A stretch of 64,000 bases of DNA, taken from the NCBI GenBank assembly GCA_040386375.1, contig JAZKFQ010000022.1, positions 30,372 to 94,371 of the forward strand. The letters run 5' to 3'. Shown piece by piece: positions 51,867-61,225 of the stretch. The DNA is from Pseudomonadota bacterium. Its GTDB lineage: Bacteria > Pseudomonadota > Gammaproteobacteria > Burkholderiales > Burkholderiaceae_C. Numbering within the stretch: the first letter of the stretch is position 1; every line of letters starts with the position of its first letter. The notes under the pieces were generated by a model. That model ran no database searches, had not been told where the DNA came from, and saw nothing but the letters and a program-made list of their open reading frames with translations. The position numbers and the translations under genes were made by a program.

Positions 51867-53030
51867 ATGAACCGCTTGCTGCTGAATCTGCTGGCCCTGG
51901 TGCTGGCCTGTGCCCCGTTGTTGCCCGCCCGCGCCCAGGCGCCCGTGCCACCCGAGGTGGCCGCCAAGGCCTATCTGCTGCTGGACGTGGGCAGCGACCA
52001 GGTGCTGGCCGAGCGCCAGGCCGACGTGCAGGCCGACCCCGCCTCGCTGACCAAGCTGATGACTGCCTGGCTGGTGTTCGACGCGCTGAAGGCGAAGAAG
52101 CTGACCCTGGAGCAGACCCTGCCGGTGTCGGTGCGCGCCTGGTCCGAGCGCAAGGGCGGCGGCTCGCTGATGTTCATCGACCCCAAGATGACCCCCAAGG
52201 TGGACGAGCTGCTGCGCGGCATGATCGCCGTCTCGGGCAACGACGCGGCGGTGGCGCTGGCCGAGGGCGTGGGTGGCTCGCTGGAGGGCTTCGTCGGCAT
52301 GATGAACCGCCAGGCCCAGGCCTGGGGCCTGAAGAACAGCCAGTTCAAGAACGTGACCGGCCTGACCGAGCCCGGCCACTACAGCAGCGCCCGTGACCTG
52401 GCGTTCATCGCCGCGCGCATCGTGCGTGATTTCCCGGAGCACTACGCCGCCTACTACGCACTGCGCAACTACAGCTTCAACAGCATCAAGCAGGACAACC
52501 GCAACATGCTGCTGGGCCGCGACCCGGCGGTGGACGGCATGAAGACCGGCTACACCGATGCGGCGGGCTACTGCCTGGTGGCCAGTGCCCAGCGTGAATT
52601 CCCCAACGGCAAGCGCCGGCTGATCAGCGTGGTGATGGGCACGGCCTCGCGCGAGGCGCGTGCCAGCGAGAGCCAGAAACTGCTGAACTGGGGCTACACC
52701 GCCTGGGACGCGGTGCGCCTGTTCGAAGGTGGCAAGGCCGCCGTCACCGTGCCGGTGTGGAAGGGCGCCCAGCCCAGCGCCGCCCTGGGCGCACTGCAGC
52801 CCGTGCTGGTGACCGTGCCCAAGGGCGAGGGCGACAAGCTCAAGACCGCCATCGCCCGCACCGACCCCCTGGTGGCGCCGCTCACCCAGGGCCAGCGTGT
52901 GGGCACGCTGGAGGTGAGCACCAGCAGTGGCGCCAAGCTGGCCAGCGTGCCCCTGGTGGTGCTGCAGGCCGTGCCCGAGGCCGGACTGTTCGGCCGGGCC
53001 TGGGATTCGATCCGTCTCTGGATCAAGTGA
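51867..53030 (+). CDS. D-alanyl-D-alanine carboxypeptidase (PBP5/6)
   Basis: PASLTKLM (SxxK), SGNDAA (SxN), KTG. Confidence 0.95.
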   Translation: MNRLLLNLLALVLACAPLLPARAQAPVPPEVAAKAYLLLDVGSDQVLAERQADVQADPASLTKLMTAWLVFDALKAKKLTLEQTLPVSVRAWSERKGGGSLMFIDPKMTPKVDELLRGMIAVSGNDAAVALAEGVGGSLEGFVGMMNRQAQAWGLKNSQFKNVTGLTEPGHYSSARDLAFIAARIVRDFPEHYAAYYALRNYSFNSIKQDNRNMLLGRDPAVDGMKTGYTDAAGYCLVASAQREFPNGKRRLISVVMGTASREARASESQKLLNWGYTAWDAVRLFEGGKAAVTVPVWKGAQPSAALGALQPVLVTVPKGEGDKLKTAIARTDPLVAPLTQGQRVGTLEVSTSSGAKLASVPLVVLQAVPEAGLFGRAWDSIRLWIK

Positions 53031-53112
53031 TCGGCGCCCGGGCAGGACACGGCCATTCCGCTAAGCTGGCCGTGTCCGCTTCCTGCATGCCCTGAACGCT
53101 GAAAGGCCCGCC

Positions 53113-53997
53113 ATGACCACTGCCGCCATGTTGCCCGACACCCTGTGCCACCTCAACGGCCAGACGCTGCCGCTGTGCGAGGCCAAGATCTCGGTGCTGG
53201 ACCGCGGCTTCATCTTCGGCGACGGCATCTACGAGGTGATCCCGGTCTATGGCCGGCGCTGCTTCCGCTTCGACGAGCACATGGCGCGCCTGGCGCGCAG
53301 CCTGGGCAAGCTGCGCATCACCAACCCGCACAGCCGCGACGGCTGGCTGGCCCTGGTGCGTGAGCTGATCGCCGCCCAGCCGGCCGACGACCAGCTGGTC
53401 TACATCGAGGTGACACGCGGCGTGGCCTTGCGTGACCATGTGATGCCCGAGGGCATCGAACCCACGGTGTTCGTGATGACCAGCGCCATGAAGCCGCCGT
53501 CGGCCGAGCAGCGCCACCAGGGTGTGGCCTGCGTCACCGCGCGTGATTTCCGCTGGGAGCGCGGCGACATCAAGAGCGTGTCGCTGCTGGGCAATGTGCT
53601 GGCACGGCAGATCTCGGCCGACCACGGTGCACTGGAGACGGTGATGTTCCGCGACGGCTGGCTCACCGAGGCCTCGGGCAGCAATGTGTGGGTGGTGCAC
53701 GAAGGTGCGCTGCTGGGCCCGCCCAAGAGCGAGCATGTGCTCGAGGGCATCCGCTACGACCTGCTGGCCGAGCTGTGCGCCGACGTGGGCATCGCCTACA
53801 ACCTGCGGCCCATCGCCGAGAGCGACGTGCACTCGGCCGACGAGTTGATCCTCACCTCCGCCACCAAGGAAGTGCTGCCCGTCACCCGGCTGGACGGCGA
53901 GCCGGTGGGCCATGGCGCACTGCGCGGCAAGCCGGGCCCGGTGTATGCCAGGCTGTACGAGGCCTACCAGCGCGCCAAGCTTGAACAGTCGATCTGA
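53113..53997 (+). CDS. D-amino acid aminotransferase
   Basis: LDRGFIFGDGIYEV, DIKSVSLLGNVL, LEGIR, LTSATKE. Confidence 0.92.
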   Translation: MTTAAMLPDTLCHLNGQTLPLCEAKISVLDRGFIFGDGIYEVIPVYGRRCFRFDEHMARLARSLGKLRITNPHSRDGWLALVRELIAAQPADDQLVYIEVTRGVALRDHVMPEGIEPTVFVMTSAMKPPSAEQRHQGVACVTARDFRWERGDIKSVSLLGNVLARQISADHGALETVMFRDGWLTEASGSNVWVVHEGALLGPPKSEHVLEGIRYDLLAELCADVGIAYNLRPIAESDVHSADELILTSATKEVLPVTRLDGEPVGHGALRGKPGPVYARLYEAYQRAKLEQSI

Positions 53998-54014
53998 AGC
54001 CCCACCTGTTGGCG

Positions 54015-54302
54015 ATGGCAACCGTTCCACCCCCCGTCCCGCCCGAGCAATCGCTGATCGAGTACCCCAGCGCCTTCCCGATCAAGGTGATGGGCGCGCA
54101 GGTGCCGGGCTACCTGGAGGCCATGGTGTCGGTGGCGCGCCAGTTCGACCCCGGCTTCGACCCCGCCACCATCGAGCAGCGCCCCAGCAGCGGCGGCAAG
54201 TACCTCGGCCTGACGCTGACCGTCACCGCCACCAGCCGCGAGATGCTGGACGAGCTGTACCGCACGCTCAGCACGCATCCGATGGTCAAGGTGGTGCTGT
54301 AG
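54015..54302 (+). CDS. ybeD: YbeD family protein
   Basis: [39 protein letters not shown]. Confidence 0.92.
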   Translation: MATVPPPVPPEQSLIEYPSAFPIKVMGAQVPGYLEAMVSVARQFDPGFDPATIEQRPSSGGKYLGLTLTVTATSREMLDELYRTLSTHPMVKVVL

Positions 54303-54312
54303 CGCCGCGGGC

Positions 54313-54981
54313 ATGCTGATCCGCCACCTGGGGCGCCGGCCCTATGCGCCCACGGTCGAGGCCATGCAGGCCTTCACCGCGGCGCGCACCGCCGACACGC
54401 CCGACGAGCTGTGGCTGGTGGAACACGATCCGGTCTACACCCAGGGCGTGGCCGGCAAGGCCGAACACCTGCTGAACCCCGGCGGCATCCCGGTGGTGGC
54501 CACCAACCGCGGCGGCCAGGTCACCTACCACGGCCCTGGCCAGGTGGTGGCCTACCCGTTGGTCGACCTGAAGCGCCTGGGCATCTACGTCAAGGAATAC
54601 GTCTACCGGCTGGAGCATGCGGTGCTGAAGGTGCTGGAAGCGCAGCAGATCACCGGCCACCGGGTGGCCGGGGCGCCGGGCATCTACGTGCGCTTGGCCG
54701 ACCCGCGCAGCCATGCCGCGCTGACAGGCCCGGCCCCGGGCGCCGACCCGTTCCTGGGCCTGGGCAAGGTGGCGGCGCTGGGCATCAAGGTCAGCCGCCA
54801 TTGCACCTACCACGGCGTGGCGCTGAACGTGGCGATGGATCTGACGCCCTTTGCCGGCATCAATCCGTGTGGCTACGCAGGCCTGCAGACAGTCGATCTC
54901 GCTAGACTCGGGGTTTCCACCGACTGGGCCACCGTGGCGCAGCAGCTGGGCAACCGCCTGGCCCTGCAGTTCACACGCTGA
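54313..54981 (+). CDS. lipB: Lipoyl(octanoyl) transferase
   Basis: [32 protein letters not shown]. Confidence 0.97.
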   Translation: MLIRHLGRRPYAPTVEAMQAFTAARTADTPDELWLVEHDPVYTQGVAGKAEHLLNPGGIPVVATNRGGQVTYHGPGQVVAYPLVDLKRLGIYVKEYVYRLEHAVLKVLEAQQITGHRVAGAPGIYVRLADPRSHAALTGPAPGADPFLGLGKVAALGIKVSRHCTYHGVALNVAMDLTPFAGINPCGYAGLQTVDLARLGVSTDWATVAQQLGNRLALQFTR

Positions 54982-55010
54982 CCCTCCACCGCCCGCGGGC
55001 AAGCACCACC

Positions 55011-56003
55011 ATGGCCACCGACAACACCACCCGCGAAGCCCAGCCGGCCGCCGCCTACGACGCCACTGCCAAGCAGAAGGCGCAAGCCAAGACCGCGCGC
55101 ATTCCCATCAAGGTGGTGGCGGCCGAAACCCTGAAGAAGCCCGACTGGATCCGCGTCAAGGCCGGCAGCCCCAGCACCCGCTTCTACGAGATCAAGCAGA
55201 TCCTGCGCGAGCACAAGCTGCACACCGTCTGCGAGGAGGCCAGCTGCCCCAACATCGGTGAATGCTTCGGCCATGGCACGGCCACCTTCATGATCATGGG
55301 CGACAAGTGCACCCGGCGCTGCCCGTTCTGCGACGTGGGCCATGGCCGGCCCGACCCGCTGGACGCGGATGAACCAGCCAACCTGGCCAAGACCATCGCG
55401 GCGCTGAAGCTGAAGTACGTGGTCATCACCAGCGTCGACCGGGACGACCTGCGCGACGGTGGTGCCGGCCACTTCGTGGAATGCATCCGCCAGGTGCGGG
55501 AACAGTCACCCGCCACCCGCATCGAGATCCTGGTGCCCGATTTCCGCGGCCGCGACGAGCGGGCGCTGGAGATCCTGAAGGCGGCCCCGCCCGACGTGAT
55601 GAACCACAACCTGGAAACCGCGCCGCGCCTCTACAAGAAAGCCCGCCCGGGCAGCGACTACGCGTTCAGCCTGAACCTGCTGAAGAAGTTCAAGGCGCTG
55701 CACCCGGGCGTGCCGACCAAGAGCGGCATCATGGTCGGCCTGGGCGAGACGGACAACGAGATCCTGCAGGTGATGCGCGACATGCGCGCGCACGACATCG
55801 ACATGCTCACCATCGGCCAGTACCTGGCGCCCAGTGGCCACCATCTGCCGGTCAGGCGCTATGTGCATCCCGACACCTTCAAGATGTTCGAGGCCGAGGC
55901 GCAGAAGATGGGCTTCACCCATGCGGCCGTGGGCGCCATGGTGCGCAGCAGCTACCACGCCGACCAGCAGGCCGCGGGCGCTGGCGTGACCGCCACGCTG
56001 TGA
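55011..56003 (+). CDS. lipA: Lipoyl synthase
   Basis: [31 protein letters not shown]. Confidence 0.98.
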   Translation: MATDNTTREAQPAAAYDATAKQKAQAKTARIPIKVVAAETLKKPDWIRVKAGSPSTRFYEIKQILREHKLHTVCEEASCPNIGECFGHGTATFMIMGDKCTRRCPFCDVGHGRPDPLDADEPANLAKTIAALKLKYVVITSVDRDDLRDGGAGHFVECIRQVREQSPATRIEILVPDFRGRDERALEILKAAPPDVMNHNLETAPRLYKKARPGSDYAFSLNLLKKFKALHPGVPTKSGIMVGLGETDNEILQVMRDMRAHDIDMLTIGQYLAPSGHHLPVRRYVHPDTFKMFEAEAQKMGFTHAAVGAMVRSSYHADQQAAGAGVTATL

Positions 56004-56025
56004 GCCGCCGCGCCGGGCGCGGCCG

Positions 56026-56541
56026 TCAGGCCTGTTCGGCCAGCAGCTTTTCCACCAGCGTGTGCAGCGCCGCGAAATCGGGAGCGCCCACGTAGCGCTT
56101 GACGATCTCCCCGCGCTTGTTGATCAGGAAGGTGGTGGGCGTGAGCTTGACATCGCCGAAGCCCTTGGCGATGGCGCCGGTGTTGTCGATGGCCACGCCA
56201 AAGGGCAATTTGCGTGTCTGCGCGAAGTTGGACACATAGGCCGGCGGGTCGTAGGCCATGGCCACGGCCACAGTCTGGTAGCCCCTGGTCTTGTACTTCT
56301 CATGCGTGGCCATGATCTGGGGCATCTCGGCCACGCAGGTGGTGCAGCTGGTGGCCCAGAAGTTCACCAGCACCACCTGGCCCTTGAGCTTGTCGGTGCT
56401 CAGTTGCTGGCCGTCGAGCAGGGTGTAGTTGACCTGCGGCGCCGGCGCATGCGTGGCGCTGCGGCCAAATGCAAGCCAGCCGGCTGCGGCAGCAGCCGCC
56501 AGCACGGCGGCGGTGGCAAGATGGCGACGGGACAGGGACAT
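56026..56541 (-). CDS. TlpA family disulfide reductase
   Basis: LVNFWATSCTTC, PTTFLI. Confidence 0.92.
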   Translation of the reverse strand: MSLSRRHLATAAVLAAAAAAGWLAFGRSATHAPAPQVNYTLLDGQQLSTDKLKGQVVLVNFWATSCTTCVAEMPQIMATHEKYKTRGYQTVAVAMAYDPPAYVSNFAQTRKLPFGVAIDNTGAIAKGFGDVKLTPTTFLINKRGEIVKRYVGAPDFAALHTLVEKLLAEQA

Positions 56542-56554
56542 GGGGAGACCTTCG

Positions 56555-57232
56555 ATGCAGCGCAGGGAGTTTACGTCAGGGGTGTTTTTCACCGGTTGGC
56601 TGGTGGTGGATCCGGTTCTGGCGGCCGGGTTCAGTGAATCGGATGCGGCCCTGGGTGTGCGCAGCGCACTGGAGCGTGGCGCCAACATCGCGGTCGATCT
56701 GCTGGGCAGGACGGACGGCTTTCTCGGCAACCCCAAGGTGCGCATTCCGTTGCCGGGCATCCTGAAGGACGCGGCCAAGCTGTTGAAGGCCACCGGCGGC
56801 CAGAAGAAGGTGGACGAGCTGGTCACCGCGATGAACCGCGCGGCCGAGGCTGCCGTGCCGCAGGCCCGCAGCCTGCTGGTGAACACCGCCAAGGCCATGT
56901 CGGTCGACGACGCCATCCAGATCGTGCGCGGTGGCGACACCTCGGTCACCGAGTTCTTTGCCCGCAAGACCCGCATGCCGCTGGGCGAGCAGTTCCTGCC
57001 CATCGTCACCCGTGCCACCGAGAAGGTGTCGCTGGCGGAGAAGTTCAACGCCGTGGCCGGCAGGGCCGCCAAGCTGGGGCTGATGAAGGGCGACGATGCC
57101 AACATCCAGCGCTATGTCACCGGCAAGAGCCTGGACGGGCTGTACCTGATGATCGGCGAGGAGGAGCGCAAGATCCGCAAGGATCCGGTGGGCACCGGCA
57201 GCGCCATCCTGCGCAAGGTGTTTGGCGCCTGA
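56555..57232 (+). CDS. DUF4197 family protein
   Basis: NPKVRIPLP, MNRAAEAAVP, LDGLYLMIGEEERKIRKDPV. Confidence 0.9.
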   Translation: MQRREFTSGVFFTGWLVVDPVLAAGFSESDAALGVRSALERGANIAVDLLGRTDGFLGNPKVRIPLPGILKDAAKLLKATGGQKKVDELVTAMNRAAEAAVPQARSLLVNTAKAMSVDDAIQIVRGGDTSVTEFFARKTRMPLGEQFLPIVTRATEKVSLAEKFNAVAGRAAKLGLMKGDDANIQRYVTGKSLDGLYLMIGEEERKIRKDPVGTGSAILRKVFGA

Positions 57233-57252
57233 GCGTGCCGACCTGCCGCCGC

Positions 57253-58422
57253 TCAGCCCTGGCTGGCGCGGCCGAGTTCCAGCACCAGCACCGGCAGCAG
57301 CATGTGGTGCAGGGCGTCGATGCCCAACTGCGTGACCGGGTTGGCACCCGGCACGCTCAGGTTGCAGTCGTCCCCGGCGGGCAGCAGTTCGATGTGTGTC
57401 ATGCCCGGTGCGCTGCGGCCCAGCTGGGCCTGCAAGGCTGCGAGTGCATCGCCGTTGAAGGCTGATTCGAACACCAGCACCTGGGGTGCACCGTCCTGGC
57501 AGAACAGGGCGGCATCGGCCACGGTCGAGACATAGTCGACCAGCAGATCGTGGCCCTGGGTGGCGTCACGCAGGCGCTGGCGGGTGCCGCGCTGTGAAGC
57601 CAGCACCAGCAGCTGGCAACCGGCAATGGCCTGGGCGCCGCCGTCGGCCGATGCCACCAGATCCACCGCCGCTGCGCCTTCCAGCGTGCCGTTGACGGTG
57701 TTCAGGAACTCCAGCGTCAGCAGCGTGTGGCTGGGCCCGTCCTGGCGCTGCACCACCACGCCGGCGATGTGGGCGGTGTAGGTCAGCAGCAGCCAGTCCA
57801 GCGTGTCCAGGCTGTTCTCGTGGTGGGCCGGGTCAGCGCCGTCGCCGTGCGGCGGCCGCGGGGACACATGGTCAGCGGGCCGGTGGGCGAAGCGGCACAG
57901 CACACGTGCCCGCACCGGCCAGGGCTTGACGTCGATGCGCCACTCCACGTTGGCCCGCGCCAGGGCGGCGCTCCAGTCGGCCGCAGCATCCAGCACGGCA
58001 TGCAGCAGGCTGGCATCGCCCAGCACCTCGGCCCTGGTGGGGGCGGGCGGCACGGCGATGGCCTGGCCATTTGCGTGCACGGCCATGCCATGCAGGACCT
58101 CACGCAGGCACAGGGTCAGGTCCAGACGCTCCACCGTCTGGCGCACCGCGCCGCTGGCCAGGCGCGCGATCTGCTGGCCACGCAGGCCCACCCGGCGCGC
58201 GCCGTCGATCTCGCTGCGCAGGGCCTGCAAGCCATGCCTGTCGATGCGGCCGCTGCTGGCCAGCGCCACCACGCGCTCCAGCGCTGCCGTGAGCGGGGCG
58301 GCCACCTCGGCGCCGATGCGTGCCACCACGTCGCCCAAGGTCGGAATGGCCCAGGTGGGCACAGGCGGCTTGGGAAGCGTACGGCGGGTGGTGGGCATGG
58401 GGCGGGGTTCGTCGAGCGTCAT
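57253..58422 (-). CDS. Degenerate histidine kinase-like protein with C-terminal receiver-like domain
   Basis: IGAEVAAPLT in place of the H-box, LGDASLLHAVL in place of the N-box, C-terminal LLVLA...PQVLVFES. Confidence 0.7.
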   Translation of the reverse strand: MTLDEPRPMPTTRRTLPKPPVPTWAIPTLGDVVARIGAEVAAPLTAALERVVALASSGRIDRHGLQALRSEIDGARRVGLRGQQIARLASGAVRQTVERLDLTLCLREVLHGMAVHANGQAIAVPPAPTRAEVLGDASLLHAVLDAAADWSAALARANVEWRIDVKPWPVRARVLCRFAHRPADHVSPRPPHGDGADPAHHENSLDTLDWLLLTYTAHIAGVVVQRQDGPSHTLLTLEFLNTVNGTLEGAAAVDLVASADGGAQAIAGCQLLVLASQRGTRQRLRDATQGHDLLVDYVSTVADAALFCQDGAPQVLVFESAFNGDALAALQAQLGRSAPGMTHIELLPAGDDCNLSVPGANPVTQLGIDALHHMLLPVLVLELGRASQG

Positions 58423-58580
58423 GGCAGGGTCAGGCCGGCACGCCGGGCGGTTGCGGATCTTCGGTGCCCGAATGTTGCCGCGGGCCATCGATGGATCAGC
58501 GGGTGATTTCCGGTGCTGATCCCCGCGCGTGACAAGCATCACGGCAGCCTTGCACGATTGGGGCCCGGATAATCGCGCCG

Positions 58581-59165
58581 ATGTTTCAAGTTTCCGACCC
58601 GCGCTGCCGATCACGCGCGAACCGAGCCGGTGCTGTTCAGGATGTGCTGCGTCGGATGGCGGCCGTGCTGTGGTCTGCCGCGGTGCTTGCCGGTTGTGCG
58701 CCCGCACTCGATTGGCGGCAATTCCAGCCCGAGGGCTGGCCGCTGGTGATGGCCTTGCCGTGCAAGCCGGCCAGCCAGCAGCGCCAGGTGGTCCTGGCAG
58801 GCCAGGCGGTGGCACTGCGCATGGTGGCCTGCAGTGCCGATGGCCACACCTTCGCCCTGGCCTCGGCCGATCTGGGCGACCCGTCGCGTGTGGGGCCGGC
58901 GTTGCAGGCGCTGGGCCAGGCGGCCCAGGCCAATGTGCGGGCCCAGGTCGAGAGCGAGCAGCCGGCCGCGGTGCCCGGCATGACGCCCAACCCTGAAGCA
59001 CGGCGCTGGCGCCTGCGCGGCCAGTTGCCCGATGGCCAGGCGGTGGCCGAGCAGGTGCTGGTGTTCGCTCATGGCACCCGGGTGTTCCAGGCCAGCCTGA
59101 TCGGTGCGCAGGCCGACGACGCACGCGCTGCGCCGTTCTTCGACGCCCTCCAGGTGCTGCCTTGA
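58581..59165 (+). CDS. Conserved hypothetical lipoprotein (start uncertain: 58581, 58644 or 58656)
   Basis: Lipobox VLAGC followed by APALDWRQ..., FFDAL C-terminus. Confidence 0.75.
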   Translation: MFQVSDPRCRSRANRAGAVQDVLRRMAAVLWSAAVLAGCAPALDWRQFQPEGWPLVMALPCKPASQQRQVVLAGQAVALRMVACSADGHTFALASADLGDPSRVGPALQALGQAAQANVRAQVESEQPAAVPGMTPNPEARRWRLRGQLPDGQAVAEQVLVFAHGTRVFQASLIGAQADDARAAPFFDALQVLP

Positions 59166-60424
59166 GCCCGGGCACGGGTACTGTGGGCTTGCAGCGTGCC
59201 GTGGCCATCTTCCTGGCTTTTGCCGTCGTCTACTTCTTCTCTGCCCTGGTGCGCGCCGTCACCGCCACGCTGGCGCCGGTGTTCAGCGCCGAACTGGGCC
59301 TGGCCGCCGGCCAGCTGGGCCTGCTGGCCGGCGCCTACTTCCTGGGTTTTGCGCTGATGCAGCTGCCGCTGGGCAGCGCGCTGGACCGCTGGGGCGCCAA
59401 GCGGGTGCTGCTGGCCTTCGTGGCGGTGGCCGTGCTGGGCTGTGCCGCTTTCGCCGTGGCGCGGGATCTGCCCGATCTGCTGCTGGCACGTTGGCTGATC
59501 GGCGTGGGTGTGTCGGCCTGCCTGATGGCGCCGCTCACCTGCTTTCGCCACCATTTTTCGGCGGGTGCACAGCTGCAGGCCAACGCATGGATGCTGATGA
59601 CCGGCTCGCTGGGCATGCTGGCGTCCACCCTGCCGGTGCAGTGGATGTTGCCCCTGCTGGGTTGGCGTGGCCTGTTCACCGCCGTGGCCATCGGCCTGGC
59701 GCTGGCCATGGTGGGTGTGGCGGTCCTGGTGCCGCGCGACGCAGTGGCCGGTCGCAGCGTGCAGCGGGCCGATGGGGCTGCTGGCGGCTACTGGCAGGTC
59801 TTTCGCCATCCCGCGTTCCTGCGCGTGGCGCCGCTGGGCTTTTTTGCCTACGGCGGCATGGTGGCGATGCAGTCGCTGTGGATCGGGCCCTGGCTCACCG
59901 AGGTGGGTGGCCGCAGCCCTGACGAAGCGGCGCAAGGGCTGTTCCTGGTCAACCTGTGCATGCTGGTGGCCTTTTTCTGCTGGGGCGTGGTCATGCCCCG
60001 GCTCACACGCGCCGGCTGGGCGGGTGATCGGCTCATCGCCCTGACCTGGCCGCTGGGTGTGGGCTTGCTGGCGCTGATCATCTGGCAGGCCGCGCAGGCA
60101 ACGGCCTGGATGTGGGCCCTGTGGTGTGTGTGCACCAGTGTCGTGTCGCTGGCGCAGCCGGCCGTGGCGCAGCAGTTCCCGCTGGCCCTGGCCGGGCGTG
60201 CGCTGTCAGCGTTCAATCTGGTGATCTTTGCCGGGGTGTTCGTGCTGCAGTGGGGCATCGGCCTGGGCATCGACGCCATGCGCGGGGCCGGGCTGGGCGT
60301 GGTACCGGCTTACCAACTGGCGTTCGGGGGCTTGGCGCTGGCGTGCGCGCTGTCGTTCCTGTGGCTCAATGCCTGGAGTTGGCGACAAGGCAGGGCGGCG
60401 GTGCCGCAGTCTGCGCGGAGATAA
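59162..60424 (+). CDS. MFS transporter
   Basis: About 12 TM helices, GSALDRWGAKRV motif A. Confidence 0.9.
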   Translation: MSPGTGTVGLQRAVAIFLAFAVVYFFSALVRAVTATLAPVFSAELGLAAGQLGLLAGAYFLGFALMQLPLGSALDRWGAKRVLLAFVAVAVLGCAAFAVARDLPDLLLARWLIGVGVSACLMAPLTCFRHHFSAGAQLQANAWMLMTGSLGMLASTLPVQWMLPLLGWRGLFTAVAIGLALAMVGVAVLVPRDAVAGRSVQRADGAAGGYWQVFRHPAFLRVAPLGFFAYGGMVAMQSLWIGPWLTEVGGRSPDEAAQGLFLVNLCMLVAFFCWGVVMPRLTRAGWAGDRLIALTWPLGVGLLALIIWQAAQATAWMWALWCVCTSVVSLAQPAVAQQFPLALAGRALSAFNLVIFAGVFVLQWGIGLGIDAMRGAGLGVVPAYQLAFGGLALACALSFLWLNAWSWRQGRAAVPQSARR

Positions 60425-60449
60425 TGCTGTCTTCGTTCTTGCGCCATCC

Positions 60450-60899
60450 ATGACCGGTCTGCTCATCATTGCCCATGCCCCGCTGGCCAGCGCGCTGCGC
60501 GAAGCTGCGCTGCACGCCTTTCCCGAGGCGGCCCAGGCACTGGCGGTGTACGACGTGCCGGCGACGGCGAGTGCCGAGCAGGCGGTGGCCGAAGCGGCCA
60601 GCCGGCTGGCTGCCCTGGGCGCGGACGAGACGCTCATCCTCACCGATGTCTTCGGCGCCACCCCCTGCAATGTCGCCCGCCAGTTGGCCGAGCAGCCAGG
60701 CGTGCGTGTGGTCGCCGGCGTGAACGTGCCCATGGTGTGGCGCGCCTTGAACTACCGCCAGAAGCCCCTGGACGAGATGGTGGCCCTGGCCCTGGCGGGT
60801 GCCACACAGGGCGTGATGCCGGTGGCTGTCACCCGACCCCAGAACCAGGCCCAGAAGCCCGCCAGTCATGATCCGATCGACCGCCACCATCAGCAATAA
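60450..60899 (+). CDS. PTS EIIA component, mannose/fructose type
   Basis: LIIAHAPLA, LTDVFGATPCN, GVNVPM. Confidence 0.92.
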   Translation: MTGLLIIAHAPLASALREAALHAFPEAAQALAVYDVPATASAEQAVAEAASRLAALGADETLILTDVFGATPCNVARQLAEQPGVRVVAGVNVPMVWRALNYRQKPLDEMVALALAGATQGVMPVAVTRPQNQAQKPASHDPIDRHHQQ

Positions 60900-61137
60900 G
60901 CTGGGCCTGCATGCCCGCGCGTCTGCCAAGCTCACCAAGTTGGCCGGCAGCTTCCAGTGCGAGGTGCACATGGCCCGCAATGGCCGCCGCATCAACGCCA
61001 AGAGCATCATGGGCGTGATGATGCTGGCCGCCGGCCTGGGCAGCGAGGTCGATCTGGAAACCGATGGTACCGACGAGCAGGCCGCCATGGATGCGCTGCT
61101 GGCCTTGATCAACGACAAGTTCGGCGAAGGCCAGTAG
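60868..61137 (+). CDS. ptsH: Phosphocarrier protein HPr
   Basis: NKLGLHARAS, NAKSIMGVMMLAA. Confidence 0.97.
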   Translation: MIRSTATISNKLGLHARASAKLTKLAGSFQCEVHMARNGRRINAKSIMGVMMLAAGLGSEVDLETDGTDEQAAMDALLALINDKFGEGQ

Positions 61138-61225
61138 CCACGGTCGCGTGCTGCCGCCGGCACCTGGGCCCTGGCACGGCGGGTGGCGTCGCAGGCCCGC
61201 GTAGGCGCGCTGCTAAAGTGGGCCT

